DNA of 64,000 bases, from IMG/VR virus record IMGVR_UViG_3300042465_004012, positions 14,000 through 77,999 of that record; one strand, given 5' to 3'. The notes under the pieces are model-generated. The model was not told where the DNA came from and ran no database searches. It saw only the letters and a list, made by a program, of their open reading frames with translations. Shown piece after piece: positions 40,734-48,503 of this stretch (within the stretch, counting starts at the first letter, position 1; every line of letters starts with the position of its first letter). The position numbers were made by a program, and so were the translations under genes. This stretch comes from a virus.

Positions 40734-41129
40734 GTGATCAATGACGAAGACGATGATGCTTTCTTAATTTTTGCCAAGAAACATTATTTTAATCCACATT
40801 GTACCTCAAACAGTGAATTCTTTGAAGACCTCAAAAGAATAAAATATGTAAAGCGATTGTTATTTCGCTTTCATAAAGCACGAAGTTTGAAGTCCATTAA
40901 GGAACGTCTTATCATTAATCACTTGATTGTTTTGAGAAATGTATTTGGTGATCAACCAGCTGCTGAGATGTTATTTCTGAAGCATGAAGTTAAATTTCAT
41001 AGTTACCTAAAAAGTTTTTTAGTTTTCTTGAATTTTAAACTAACACCTATTGTAAATGTAGATTACCCACAGTTATCATGTGATCCAAGAATTGATAGAA
41101 AATTATCACTAATCACGGAAAAACAATGA
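40734..41129 (+). CDS. Conserved T4-like hypothetical protein
   Basis: FA.KHY.NP.C...EF.EDLKR.KY.KRL..RLIINH...NVFG; start uncertain. Confidence 0.75.
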   Translation: MINDEDDDAFLIFAKKHYFNPHCTSNSEFFEDLKRIKYVKRLLFRFHKARSLKSIKERLIINHLIVLRNVFGDQPAAEMLFLKHEVKFHSYLKSFLVFLNFKLTPIVNVDYPQLSCDPRIDRKLSLITEKQ

Positions 41130-41935
41130 ATCCATTAAATCTTATAATCCAACCATCAACAGTATACCATTTTGCTGAATTATTGAATAAACCATTTAAT
41201 CAATACTCTGCATATACTTCGGGTCTTATTGATAACAATGGTCAGATTACTAAGAAGAATGGTAGCATGGATGGTCTAGAATACATTGCTATTCGTATGA
41301 AGTCTTTTTTGAAAGATCTCATGCCTGGTTCTACTAAATTCTTTTTACAGAGTTTATCAGGAACATTGAAGTTGTTTAACGAAGAGTTAAACCAAATGGG
41401 TATTGATAGAGATTCTGCTAATATGGTTGTAGAATGCTATCTTTTGGGCATCACAGAAGGTAAAGTCAGTTACCTTGATTACTTATTAGAAGAAGCTCAA
41501 GTCAGATATATCACGGAAGAGATGAGTGCAGGTGCTGCAGGTGGCATGGGAACTCCTGCTCATACTGATCTACAGGGTGGTCTTGGTGGAATTGATCGTC
41601 CAATGGGATTGATGTTTAAACGCAAGCTTAAAAGAAAACAACGTAAAAGATCTTCTGAGATTGTTGAAGCGAACATGGAAGCACCACAACAAAAGGCCAA
41701 CCCTTATCTTCCGATTCAGGTTGACCCTTTGTATTATGATGAACTAACTAGATCTCTTGCACCAGGTGGTGAACTTGATTTTGATCAAATTACTACACCA
41801 GAATTACAAAAATATTTAAAACGTCTTGGTGAGAGATCAAAGAGCAAAACTGTATATGTGGTTGGTAATAATACACAACCACCTATGCAACTGAATCTCA
41901 ATCGCTCAAGAAAGCCTTCGAAGAAATCCTCGTAG
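41126..41935 (+). CDS. Conserved T4-like hypothetical protein
   Basis: KPF..Y.AY..GLID..G N-domain; ITEE, LLEE sites. Confidence 0.65.
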   Translation: MNPLNLIIQPSTVYHFAELLNKPFNQYSAYTSGLIDNNGQITKKNGSMDGLEYIAIRMKSFLKDLMPGSTKFFLQSLSGTLKLFNEELNQMGIDRDSANMVVECYLLGITEGKVSYLDYLLEEAQVRYITEEMSAGAAGGMGTPAHTDLQGGLGGIDRPMGLMFKRKLKRKQRKRSSEIVEANMEAPQQKANPYLPIQVDPLYYDELTRSLAPGGELDFDQITTPELQKYLKRLGERSKSKTVYVVGNNTQPPMQLNLNRSRKPSKKSS

Positions 41936-42146
41936 ACTCTTGATAGAGTGGATGACCAGATAGGTACGATTTAGTACTTAAGTTACTCTTCTCTTTCTCT
42001 ATGATATCTTTGTGGCAATCATTATACCCTTGTTGGTATTCTTCCTGAAGACTCTTGAGTTCATTGGGAAGCGTTCTAATACCACGACCAGTCATACGGT
42101 CATCCCAACCCTCACGATATAACTTTCCTGGAACGTAATCTATCAT
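41898..42146 (-). CDS. Hypothetical protein
   Basis: ATGA-coupled to the upstream gene. Confidence 0.55.
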   Translation of the reverse strand: MIDYVPGKLYREGWDDRMTGRGIRTLPNELKSLQEEYQQGYNDCHKDIIEKEKSNLSTKSYLSGHPLYQESTRISSKAFLSD

Positions 42147-42508
42147 TGTGTATTTCTTTCTCTCATTGAAGCTAAAATCTTATCAATAGTGGTTACATAC
42201 TCTGGATAGTTATTCATCTTAAAGAAACCACGCATCTCTAAAAGATGCTCATAATCCTTTTCAAAGATAACTACCATTCCACCTGGAACTGCTCCAGAAT
42301 CTTGTAATTTATCTTGAAAATCTTCAACCATCTTATGCCAATCTTGCTTTGATATATTGGACTTGTGTCTCTTCATAAATTCATCAAACTGATCATTTGT
42401 ATTCATATCTACATCCTTTAAGTATTGTTTAATTCTATTAATGTGCTTATATTTTTTATTGTTGTTATGTTCATCCCACGGAGACATATCATGATTGTGC
42501 TTTGACAT
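42143..42508 (-). CDS. Hypothetical protein
   Basis: Part of the - strand operon. Confidence 0.55.
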   Translation of the reverse strand: MSKHNHDMSPWDEHNNNKKYKHINRIKQYLKDVDMNTNDQFDEFMKRHKSNISKQDWHKMVEDFQDKLQDSGAVPGGMVVIFEKDYEHLLEMRGFFKMNNYPEYVTTIDKILASMRERNTQ

Positions 42509-42818
42509 TTTTATCTTTCTGTGTAAGATCGAAGAAATTCTCGTATATTACAGTACCATCAGATGTAGTAGCAGAAAGATATCGAATATGTTGATTAAGA
42601 GCTTCTTTCAATGTTAATGGGTGATTTACACCAAAAGAAAAGTTCTTGATCCATGCTGGGCAACCACCCAATGTTATACGAACTTCGGTACCATCAAGTG
42701 AGTTACCATAAAAATCAAAACTAGAATTATCACCATCATAGTAGGTAAAGAAACATTCAATGTTTTGATACTTGGCTTTTAATGAATCCAAATCAATGGA
42801 TTTAAACGATTTCTTCAT
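42489..42818 (-). CDS. Hypothetical protein
   Basis: Part of the - strand operon. Confidence 0.6.
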   Translation of the reverse strand: MKKSFKSIDLDSLKAKYQNIECFFTYYDGDNSSFDFYGNSLDGTEVRITLGGCPAWIKNFSFGVNHPLTLKEALNQHIRYLSATTSDGTVIYENFFDLTQKDKNVKAQS

Positions 42819-42979
42819 AGTCTGGCTTTCTGTACGACAACTGGAAGTTTACCTTCACCGAGAAGAACCTTCAATGTTGACTTTTTAGCATCCATCATAC
42901 TTACTATACGATTGCGACGTAAACGTTCTTTACGATTTTTGTGCTTTTTACTAGTAAGCCTTTGTTTCGAATTAGGCAT
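42815..42979 (-). CDS. 54-aa very basic protein (not in ORF track)
   Basis: AAAGGA SD; MPNSKQRLTSKKHKNRKERLRRNR...; ATGA overlap with the next gene. Confidence 0.65.
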   Translation of the reverse strand: MPNSKQRLTSKKHKNRKERLRRNRIVSMMDAKKSTLKVLLGEGKLPVVVQKARL

Positions 42980-43026
42980 ATAAATCCTTTATATAAAAAC
43001 TTTTTAAAAACTAACAACTCTGTCTA

Positions 43027-43368
43027 TTATTTATCTTGTGCAGCAAGCTTACATTCCAAATCAACAAGACGATCTAATAGTTCAGATAATGTATCGCTAT
43101 CAAAAGATTGTAATTTTTCTTCAAGTGATACAATTTTATTTTCAAGACTTTGAATTTTAGTAGTAAATTCTTTGCATTTATCGTGAAAATATTGTACAGC
43201 ATGTGTATTATAGGGATCTTTACTTATACTTTTTGTATAATAATTTTCATGCTTGTATTGATCAGAAGTTTTTGGCATATATGAATTTGTCATTATCTTT
43301 TTTACTATTTCTTTGGCATCAGTCTCTTCGATCACCAAATCATCTATTGTAAGTTCAGTCTCGTTCAT
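43027..43368 (-). CDS. Hypothetical coiled-coil protein, leaderless
   Basis: TTGACA(43403-43398)-16-TATAAT(43381-43376), ATG 7 nt later. Confidence 0.7.
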   Translation of the reverse strand: MNETELTIDDLVIEETDAKEIVKKIMTNSYMPKTSDQYKHENYYTKSISKDPYNTHAVQYFHDKCKEFTTKIQSLENKIVSLEEKLQSFDSDTLSELLDRLVDLECKLAAQDK

Positions 43369-43407
43369 ATGTTATATTATACACGATATACCACAGGTGT
43401 CAATAAC

Positions 43408-43431
43408 AAAGCCCTGCTTTCACAGGGCTTT
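43408..43431. terminator. Intrinsic terminator after tRNA-Tyr
   Basis: AAAGCCCTG-ctttca-CAGGGCTTT. Confidence 0.75.
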
Positions 43432-43435
43432 GGAA

Positions 43436-43518
43436 TGCAAGAGGAGGGATTCGAACCTTCGTAGAAATGAATCAGCAGATTTACAGTCTGCCCTCGTTGT
43501 CCGCTTGAGTACTCTTGC
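43436..43518 (-). tRNA. tRNA-Tyr(GTA)
   Basis: GCAAGAG/CTCTTGC, GCAGA-CTGTAAA-TCTGC, long variable region, GGTTCGAATCC. Confidence 0.92.
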
Positions 43519-43522
43519 TTAA

Positions 43523-43855
43523 TTATTTAACAGTAATTTTAACTATGGCGTAATTCTTTTTATCTGATTCAACAAACATCAAAGAATCAATAATTCTATT
43601 GTCGGGAATAGATGCTTCTCTTGCTGACATACCAACTTCAATATATGGTCCACCTTCAAAGTCAACCATAGTATTATCTGTAGTTCCTCGTGTAAACAAA
43701 GTTTCACCTTCGAGAAGATAAGTGTAGCTATTCACCTGTCGAATTATTCTTTCGACGTGATAACGGCTTATGCTTCTTGCTATTACTGGATTTTCTTTTT
43801 GTGGCTTTAACATCTTTTTTAAAAATTTCATCCCAATTTTTACACCAGGATGCAT
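43523..43855 (-). CDS. Hypothetical protein (DFEGGP family), paralog of 22319..22621
   Basis: YLLEGETLFTRG...VDFEGGP; start uncertain. Confidence 0.6.
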   Translation of the reverse strand: MHPGVKIGMKFLKKMLKPQKENPVIARSISRYHVERIIRQVNSYTYLLEGETLFTRGTTDNTMVDFEGGPYIEVGMSAREASIPDNRIIDSLMFVESDKKNYAIVKITVK

Positions 43856-43907
43856 AATTCACATGTCGATATGAATCGCCTTTACCTGCACCATGGGTTC
43901 CTTCCAT
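43728..43907 (-). CDS. 59-aa small phage protein (GKG..R....NWD.IF type), leaderless (not in ORF track)
   Basis: MEGTHGAGKGDSYRHVNYASWCKNWDEIFKK; TTGATT-16-TATAAT, ATG 7 nt later. Confidence 0.65.
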   Translation of the reverse strand: MEGTHGAGKGDSYRHVNYASWCKNWDEIFKKDVKATKRKSSNSKKHKPLSRRKNNSTGE

Positions 43908-43938
43908 GGTGTATATTATACCATATCAATAGAAAAAA

Positions 43939-44187
43939 TCAATTCATTTCCCATACACTTGGTGAATTTGTCCCAGTCCAACTTTTGACATATAATGGAA
44001 TAAATTGAGATGTATTAGCTAGTAGGGTATATGTTACTGTTACCGCTGCTCCGGTAGCATCAATACAACTTAAAGTTAATACTGGTGCAGTTCCGCCAGC
44101 CGTCACTAAAATTCCTTTATTCATAGGACTAATGGCACCTGATGCTAAAACTTTTGCTCTTTTGTAATGAATCATATTTTTCTCCAC
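43939..44187 (-). CDS. Small late structural protein
   Basis: GCTAAATA (-) upstream; beta-rich. Confidence 0.55.
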   Translation of the reverse strand: MEKNMIHYKRAKVLASGAISPMNKGILVTAGGTAPVLTLSCIDATGAAVTVTYTLLANTSQFIPLYVKSWTGTNSPSVWEMN

Positions 44188-44190
44188 TAA

Positions 44191-44209
44191 TATTTAGCGA
44201 TTATAAATA
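44191..44209. promoter_or_regulatory. Back-to-back late promoters
   Basis: GCTAAATA (-) 44191-44198; TATAAATA (+) 44202-44209. Confidence 0.7.
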
Positions 44210-44214
44210 ACTTC

Positions 44215-44547
44215 ATGGATCCATTCATTAAACAATACCAAGATCAAATTAACGAACTCAACGAACAAAATTTAGAGCTTGCAGAAGCTCTTGAAATTTA
44301 TGATCAAATTTTAGAATACATGGACCCCGTGTCTGATGCGATGTTAATCAACGAGGCGAATGACGAGAAACATAAATTTAAAGCCAAATCTAAGAAAAAT
44401 GCTAAGATGGAAGAGGCTTTAAAGGATAAGAAAAAGAATCCTGTTGATTCAGACAAACTTGAAAAGGCATCTAAGAAGAGTGGCAAAGTTGGTCGCAGAG
44501 CCAAACTCGCCCAGATGCTGAAGAACTTCTCTAAGAACAAAAAGTAA
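44215..44547 (+). CDS. Putative internal head protein (acidic N-terminus, basic C-terminus)
   Basis: MDPFIKQYQ..LNE..LAE..INE-A; GKVGRRAKLA.ML motif. Confidence 0.65.
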   Translation: MDPFIKQYQDQINELNEQNLELAEALEIYDQILEYMDPVSDAMLINEANDEKHKFKAKSKKNAKMEEALKDKKKNPVDSDKLEKASKKSGKVGRRAKLAQMLKNFSKNKK

Positions 44548-44555
44548 TATAACAA

Positions 44556-44577
44556 CAAGGCCCCTTACGGGGCCTTG
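44556..44577. terminator. Terminator hairpin between convergent genes
   Basis: CAAGGCCCC-ttac-GGGGCCTTG. Confidence 0.8.
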
Positions 44578-44582
44578 AGTGT

Positions 44583-44789
44583 TTAAGAGACGTTGGCGAT
44601 TGCTCGGTTTATAGCCGAAGCAACTTTAGACAACTCTTCTTTAGATCCAGTAATAAAAACAACGTTCTTTCCTTCACCTTCAATAACCAAGTCAAACATG
44701 GTTTTATTGTCATATGAAGGTTTCACCGAAACAATAAAAAGTTCTTCTGTGGTGTGAATTGCGCTGCAAGTAGTAATAGTATTAGCCAT
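44583..44789 (-). CDS. Hypothetical protein
   Basis: AGGA SD before MANTITT. Confidence 0.55.
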   Translation of the reverse strand: MANTITTCSAIHTTEELFIVSVKPSYDNKTMFDLVIEGEGKNVVFITGSKEELSKVASAINRAIANVS

Positions 44790-44857
44790 TGGGAATTTTC
44801 CTAGAGTCAAGAAACATAGCAAAGTAAAACCGAACGATAAACGAAAGTTTGTTAAAT

Positions 44858-45106
44858 TTATTTTTTATTGTTTTTATCATTGTGTGTAAGCCATGCTTGT
44901 GACTCCCAAAATTTTTCAAGAGGGAGTTGTTTGTCATTTGGGCTATTATGCCATATGCACCGCATTACACCACCTACTTCATGTAACACTGAAGCACACC
45001 AATCATCACAATATCCATATTTCTTGATTTGAACATGTAAATTGTGTTTAGAAACTTCAGTTTTAAAAGTTTCATATATTGGCGGAATTGTCTTTTTTCT
45101 TGCCAT
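44858..45106 (-). CDS. Hypothetical protein, leaderless
   Basis: TTGACA(45141-45136)-16-TATAAT(45119-45114), ATG 7 nt later. Confidence 0.7.
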   Translation of the reverse strand: MARKKTIPPIYETFKTEVSKHNLHVQIKKYGYCDDWCASVLHEVGGVMRCIWHNSPNDKQLPLEKFWESQAWLTHNDKNNKK

Positions 45107-45172
45107 AATGCATATTATAACAGAATTCTTCTATGTGTCAATACACTAAATAATCATAAAGAGGACCACTTC

Positions 45173-47104
45173 ATGGACCATATGGCGAAATATTATAAGA
45201 ATCTATCTGAGCACCTTTTCAACGAAAGAGATAATTTGCTTAGATTGTTAAGCGAGAGAGCTCCAGCTCCTAAAAAATCACAGTCTCGCTTAGTTGATGG
45301 TGTTTGGGTTGATGATAATGGTAATCCGGTTCAGGGTGCCCCAAATCCGCTTGCACCCCCAGATTTGTTGACTCCAAACGTAGATCCAATCTCACCTGCA
45401 GATATGGTAGGTCCACCAAGTCCACCAAGTCCACCAAGTCCACCTGATCTAACGCCACCTCCTGGAATTGCTTTACCTGATCCAAACGAAGCTCCTGGTT
45501 TAATTGGTATAGGTGAACCTGGTTCACCTGGCGTAGCTCCACTACCACAAAATCCTAACCCAGCATTTACTCCACAGAACCCAGGAATATCTCCAGCTTC
45601 CCAGCTTCCATCATCGGGGACACCTGCACCGTCAGATAGAGAAAAAGAACAGGGTGATTATGAAGCTGCAAGAAGAGCTTATTACGCAAAAAGAAATCAA
45701 CAATCAAGAGATGAAGCAGAAGAAAATCTTGTACGAATGGGTGCCCTTAATCCAAGCTCAAGTGCGTCAACAAATGCAGCTAGAGCTGTAAGTCAATTAC
45801 GTTCTCAGAGAGCACTGAAGAAAGGTAATGATAAATTTAATCAAGCTGATATTGACAGAATGGTAAAGAGCGATTCGAAAGAACGCTTTATGAGCCAAGC
45901 GGACAAAGACGCACGAAAAGCTAGAGATGCAACAGCTGTTGCGGGATTAGAAAAAGCTGGTCACGAGAAGCTGGGACATACTCAAAACGCAAGAGGCGAA
46001 TGGGTTGATGCACAAGGAAAGCCTGCTTCACTTGTTGGTCCAACCGTTGACAGATTTGGACCAGATAAAATAATCCAAGGAACGAGTATGACTTATGGTG
46101 AGTTTGAAAGACAAACTGGTCGTAAGTATGATGCAACAAATAAAGAGGACAGCACTTTAGTAAGTAGACTAGCAGGGGCTGGAAGATATAGTTCAGAAGC
46201 AGCAAGACAAGGAGCTCTTAGCTCTGATGCAATGAATCAAGGGTATCAAAGACAAAACGATGAAATGGCTAGAGAGACCGGAAAGCTTGATCGTCAAGTT
46301 GATGTATCACAAAGAGAATTAGATCGTTTTAGAAATGATCCAAAATATCGTGAAAGTCAAAGAAATATCGATTCACAAGGAAGACAAATTGTAACTCCTG
46401 GGTTTATAAACAATATTGCACAACAAACTGCCGCTGATCTAAGAGATCGTACAGATGTTCCGGTTGATGTAAATAATGACCGTGGTTCAATAGAAGATAG
46501 AGGTCCCAAGACAAGAGGTGGTCAGGTTACACAGGCTGCAGCAAATATGACAGCTGCTCCGGTTCAACAACCAATTGCTTCAGTACAACCTTCAGTAAGT
46601 ACTGGTGGTATGAATCAACCAATGGATATCAATGATTTTCCAGCGGAAGAAGAAAAGCCGACTCCAGCTGGAGCAAATAGTGCTGTTGGTCAACCACAAT
46701 TACAAACCAGACAACAAGTTCCACCACCAGCATCAGCTCCAACATCTGTAGGACCACCATCAAGTAATACTAACCAAGTGAAACCTACTGTTGCACCTGC
46801 ACGTAATGCAACTATTCCACAACCTACTGCCACACCAGCCCGACCACCTGCTCCGGCTGCACCACCAGTAGCAGTTGGATCATCTGTGACAGCAAAAGCA
46901 GCAACAATGACTACCAAACCACAATTGGCTAGTGCTGGTGCTCCAATTGATGCACAACAAACAGGTGGACCGACTGCACAAAACAGAGGAATTCCAATTC
47001 CATCAGCTAACCCAATGGCTGATGCACAGGCTGGACCCCTAGGTGCACCACTGAAGAAGAAACTGGTAACAACTGCTGGTAGAACTCCTAACATAAGAGC
47101 ATAA
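45173..47104 (+). CDS. Pro-rich disordered putative internal head protein
   Basis: ACTAAATA and GAGGA upstream; MDHMAKYYKNLSEHL..LSE-R. Confidence 0.65.
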   Translation: MDHMAKYYKNLSEHLFNERDNLLRLLSERAPAPKKSQSRLVDGVWVDDNGNPVQGAPNPLAPPDLLTPNVDPISPADMVGPPSPPSPPSPPDLTPPPGIALPDPNEAPGLIGIGEPGSPGVAPLPQNPNPAFTPQNPGISPASQLPSSGTPAPSDREKEQGDYEAARRAYYAKRNQQSRDEAEENLVRMGALNPSSSASTNAARAVSQLRSQRALKKGNDKFNQADIDRMVKSDSKERFMSQADKDARKARDATAVAGLEKAGHEKLGHTQNARGEWVDAQGKPASLVGPTVDRFGPDKIIQGTSMTYGEFERQTGRKYDATNKEDSTLVSRLAGAGRYSSEAARQGALSSDAMNQGYQRQNDEMARETGKLDRQVDVSQRELDRFRNDPKYRESQRNIDSQGRQIVTPGFINNIAQQTAADLRDRTDVPVDVNNDRGSIEDRGPKTRGGQVTQAAANMTAAPVQQPIASVQPSVSTGGMNQPMDINDFPAEEEKPTPAGANSAVGQPQLQTRQQVPPPASAPTSVGPPSSNTNQVKPTVAPARNATIPQPTATPARPPAPAAPPVAVGSSVTAKAATMTTKPQLASAGAPIDAQQTGGPTAQNRGIPIPSANPMADAQAGPLGAPLKKKLVTTAGRTPNIRA

Positions 47105-47637
47105 TGAGTAAATATTTAAAATATTTCATAGAAGCTAACGCTCCAGGAAAGGGACCAAGTATCGTTCCGGGAACAGAATCCATCGACAGTGGTGCTGTAG
47201 TTGGATTAGGTGGATCAGAGATTTTTGCAGATATCATTGTTCGAAATCCATCAGGAAAGGGTATTTCGCCAACAACAACAGCAGTAAAAAAACCTAGCTT
47301 TGGTTTGGGTTTTGATCTTACTCCAACTCTTGCTGCACAGGTTATGAATGTTATGCGTGCTCACGGTGACAAAGAAGCTAAAACTCGACTAGGGTTAAAT
47401 GGTGACAGTAATGATACAGAGAACAACTATGATGAATTTGCTACATGGCAAGATGTCAATCAGGCTGTCGGAAACTATGTAAGAACACGAGTAAATACTG
47501 ACTTAAAACCCTATAAATTGGGGGCAGTTCCACTAAACCCGGTATCTCAATATGATGGTTTAGACACAACAAAAATGGGATTGATTGCTACTAAAAAAAC
47601 CAAGGCAAAAGTAAAAATTAATCCAGCTAAATACTAA
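47104..47637 (+). CDS. Putative internal head protein
   Basis: MSKYLKYFIE-A; WQDVNQAVGNYV motif shared with 50909. Confidence 0.6.
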   Translation: MSKYLKYFIEANAPGKGPSIVPGTESIDSGAVVGLGGSEIFADIIVRNPSGKGISPTTTAVKKPSFGLGFDLTPTLAAQVMNVMRAHGDKEAKTRLGLNGDSNDTENNYDEFATWQDVNQAVGNYVRTRVNTDLKPYKLGAVPLNPVSQYDGLDTTKMGLIATKKTKAKVKINPAKY

Positions 47638-47675
47638 TACTAAAGTACTATAGACTTTACACAAAGGAAAAAATA

Positions 47676-48266
47676 ATGAATTATCTGACACAATATTACA
47701 AAAATCGTTGCGACCAACTGCAAGAACAAATTTCGCAAATCAACTACAGTCTCCGTAATTTATCGGAAGCTGTTGCTACCTCAACCATGGGCGCAGCCAA
47801 AACAGGCATGTCAACTGGCCCAGTTTATGGTGGTGGTGGAACTTCAAATGACGTAATTGCAGATTTTATGAGTCGCTGGGGTCAACCTGGTTACGATGGA
47901 GCTGGTTTGGGTCGTTTGCTTGGTAGCATGGTCCCAAATAATAATGATGTAAATGCAGGCGAGGCAACAAGTTCTGCTGGTAATGGCGTGGGTGCAGCTG
48001 CTCAAAGAATTATGGCAGGAAAAAGCCCAACTTCATCAGCCTCAGCATCCGATAAAGTGGGTTCTGGTGTTGGTGCAGCTACTTCTGCAGGAACCAATAA
48101 TCAACAAACCGTTGATCAATTCCTCGCAAACTGGGGTCAACCTGGTTACGATGGAGCTGCCTTGGGTCAATTGCTTGGTAACATGGTACCATCAAATGCT
48201 CCTGCTCCTAACGCTTATGGTACAGTTGGTTCACAAACAAGTAATCGCCGCAAACGCGGAATGTAA
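47676..48266 (+). CDS. Putative internal head protein with two dockerin-like repeats
   Basis: MNYLTQYYKN..LSE-A; WGQPGYDGA.LG.LLG.M x2. Confidence 0.65.
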   Translation: MNYLTQYYKNRCDQLQEQISQINYSLRNLSEAVATSTMGAAKTGMSTGPVYGGGGTSNDVIADFMSRWGQPGYDGAGLGRLLGSMVPNNNDVNAGEATSSAGNGVGAAAQRIMAGKSPTSSASASDKVGSGVGAATSAGTNNQQTVDQFLANWGQPGYDGAALGQLLGNMVPSNAPAPNAYGTVGSQTSNRRKRGM

Positions 48267-48452
48267 TCATAAAAACAATTTAGTTTTACTTTTGAAGAGC
48301 TCATCAAAAATCTTGGTGAGCTCTTCTCTTTTTTTGCAATATTGGTTATACTCTTTTAAAGTTTCTTTTCCATCAGTTTCAAGTCTACCAAGTTTATACA
48401 TGACAGATCCAAATTCGTAAATTTGTTCTTCAAGTTCTTTGTTTGAAATCAT
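48267..48452 (-). CDS. Hypothetical protein, leaderless
   Basis: TTGGAT(48487-48482)-17-TATAAT(48464-48459), ATG 6 nt later. Confidence 0.65.
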   Translation of the reverse strand: MISNKELEEQIYEFGSVMYKLGRLETDGKETLKEYNQYCKKREELTKIFDELFKSKTKLFL

Positions 48453-48503
48453 GTGTGTATTATACTCCATAATTACCTTTAATCCAACAGAATAAATAGA
48501 TAT

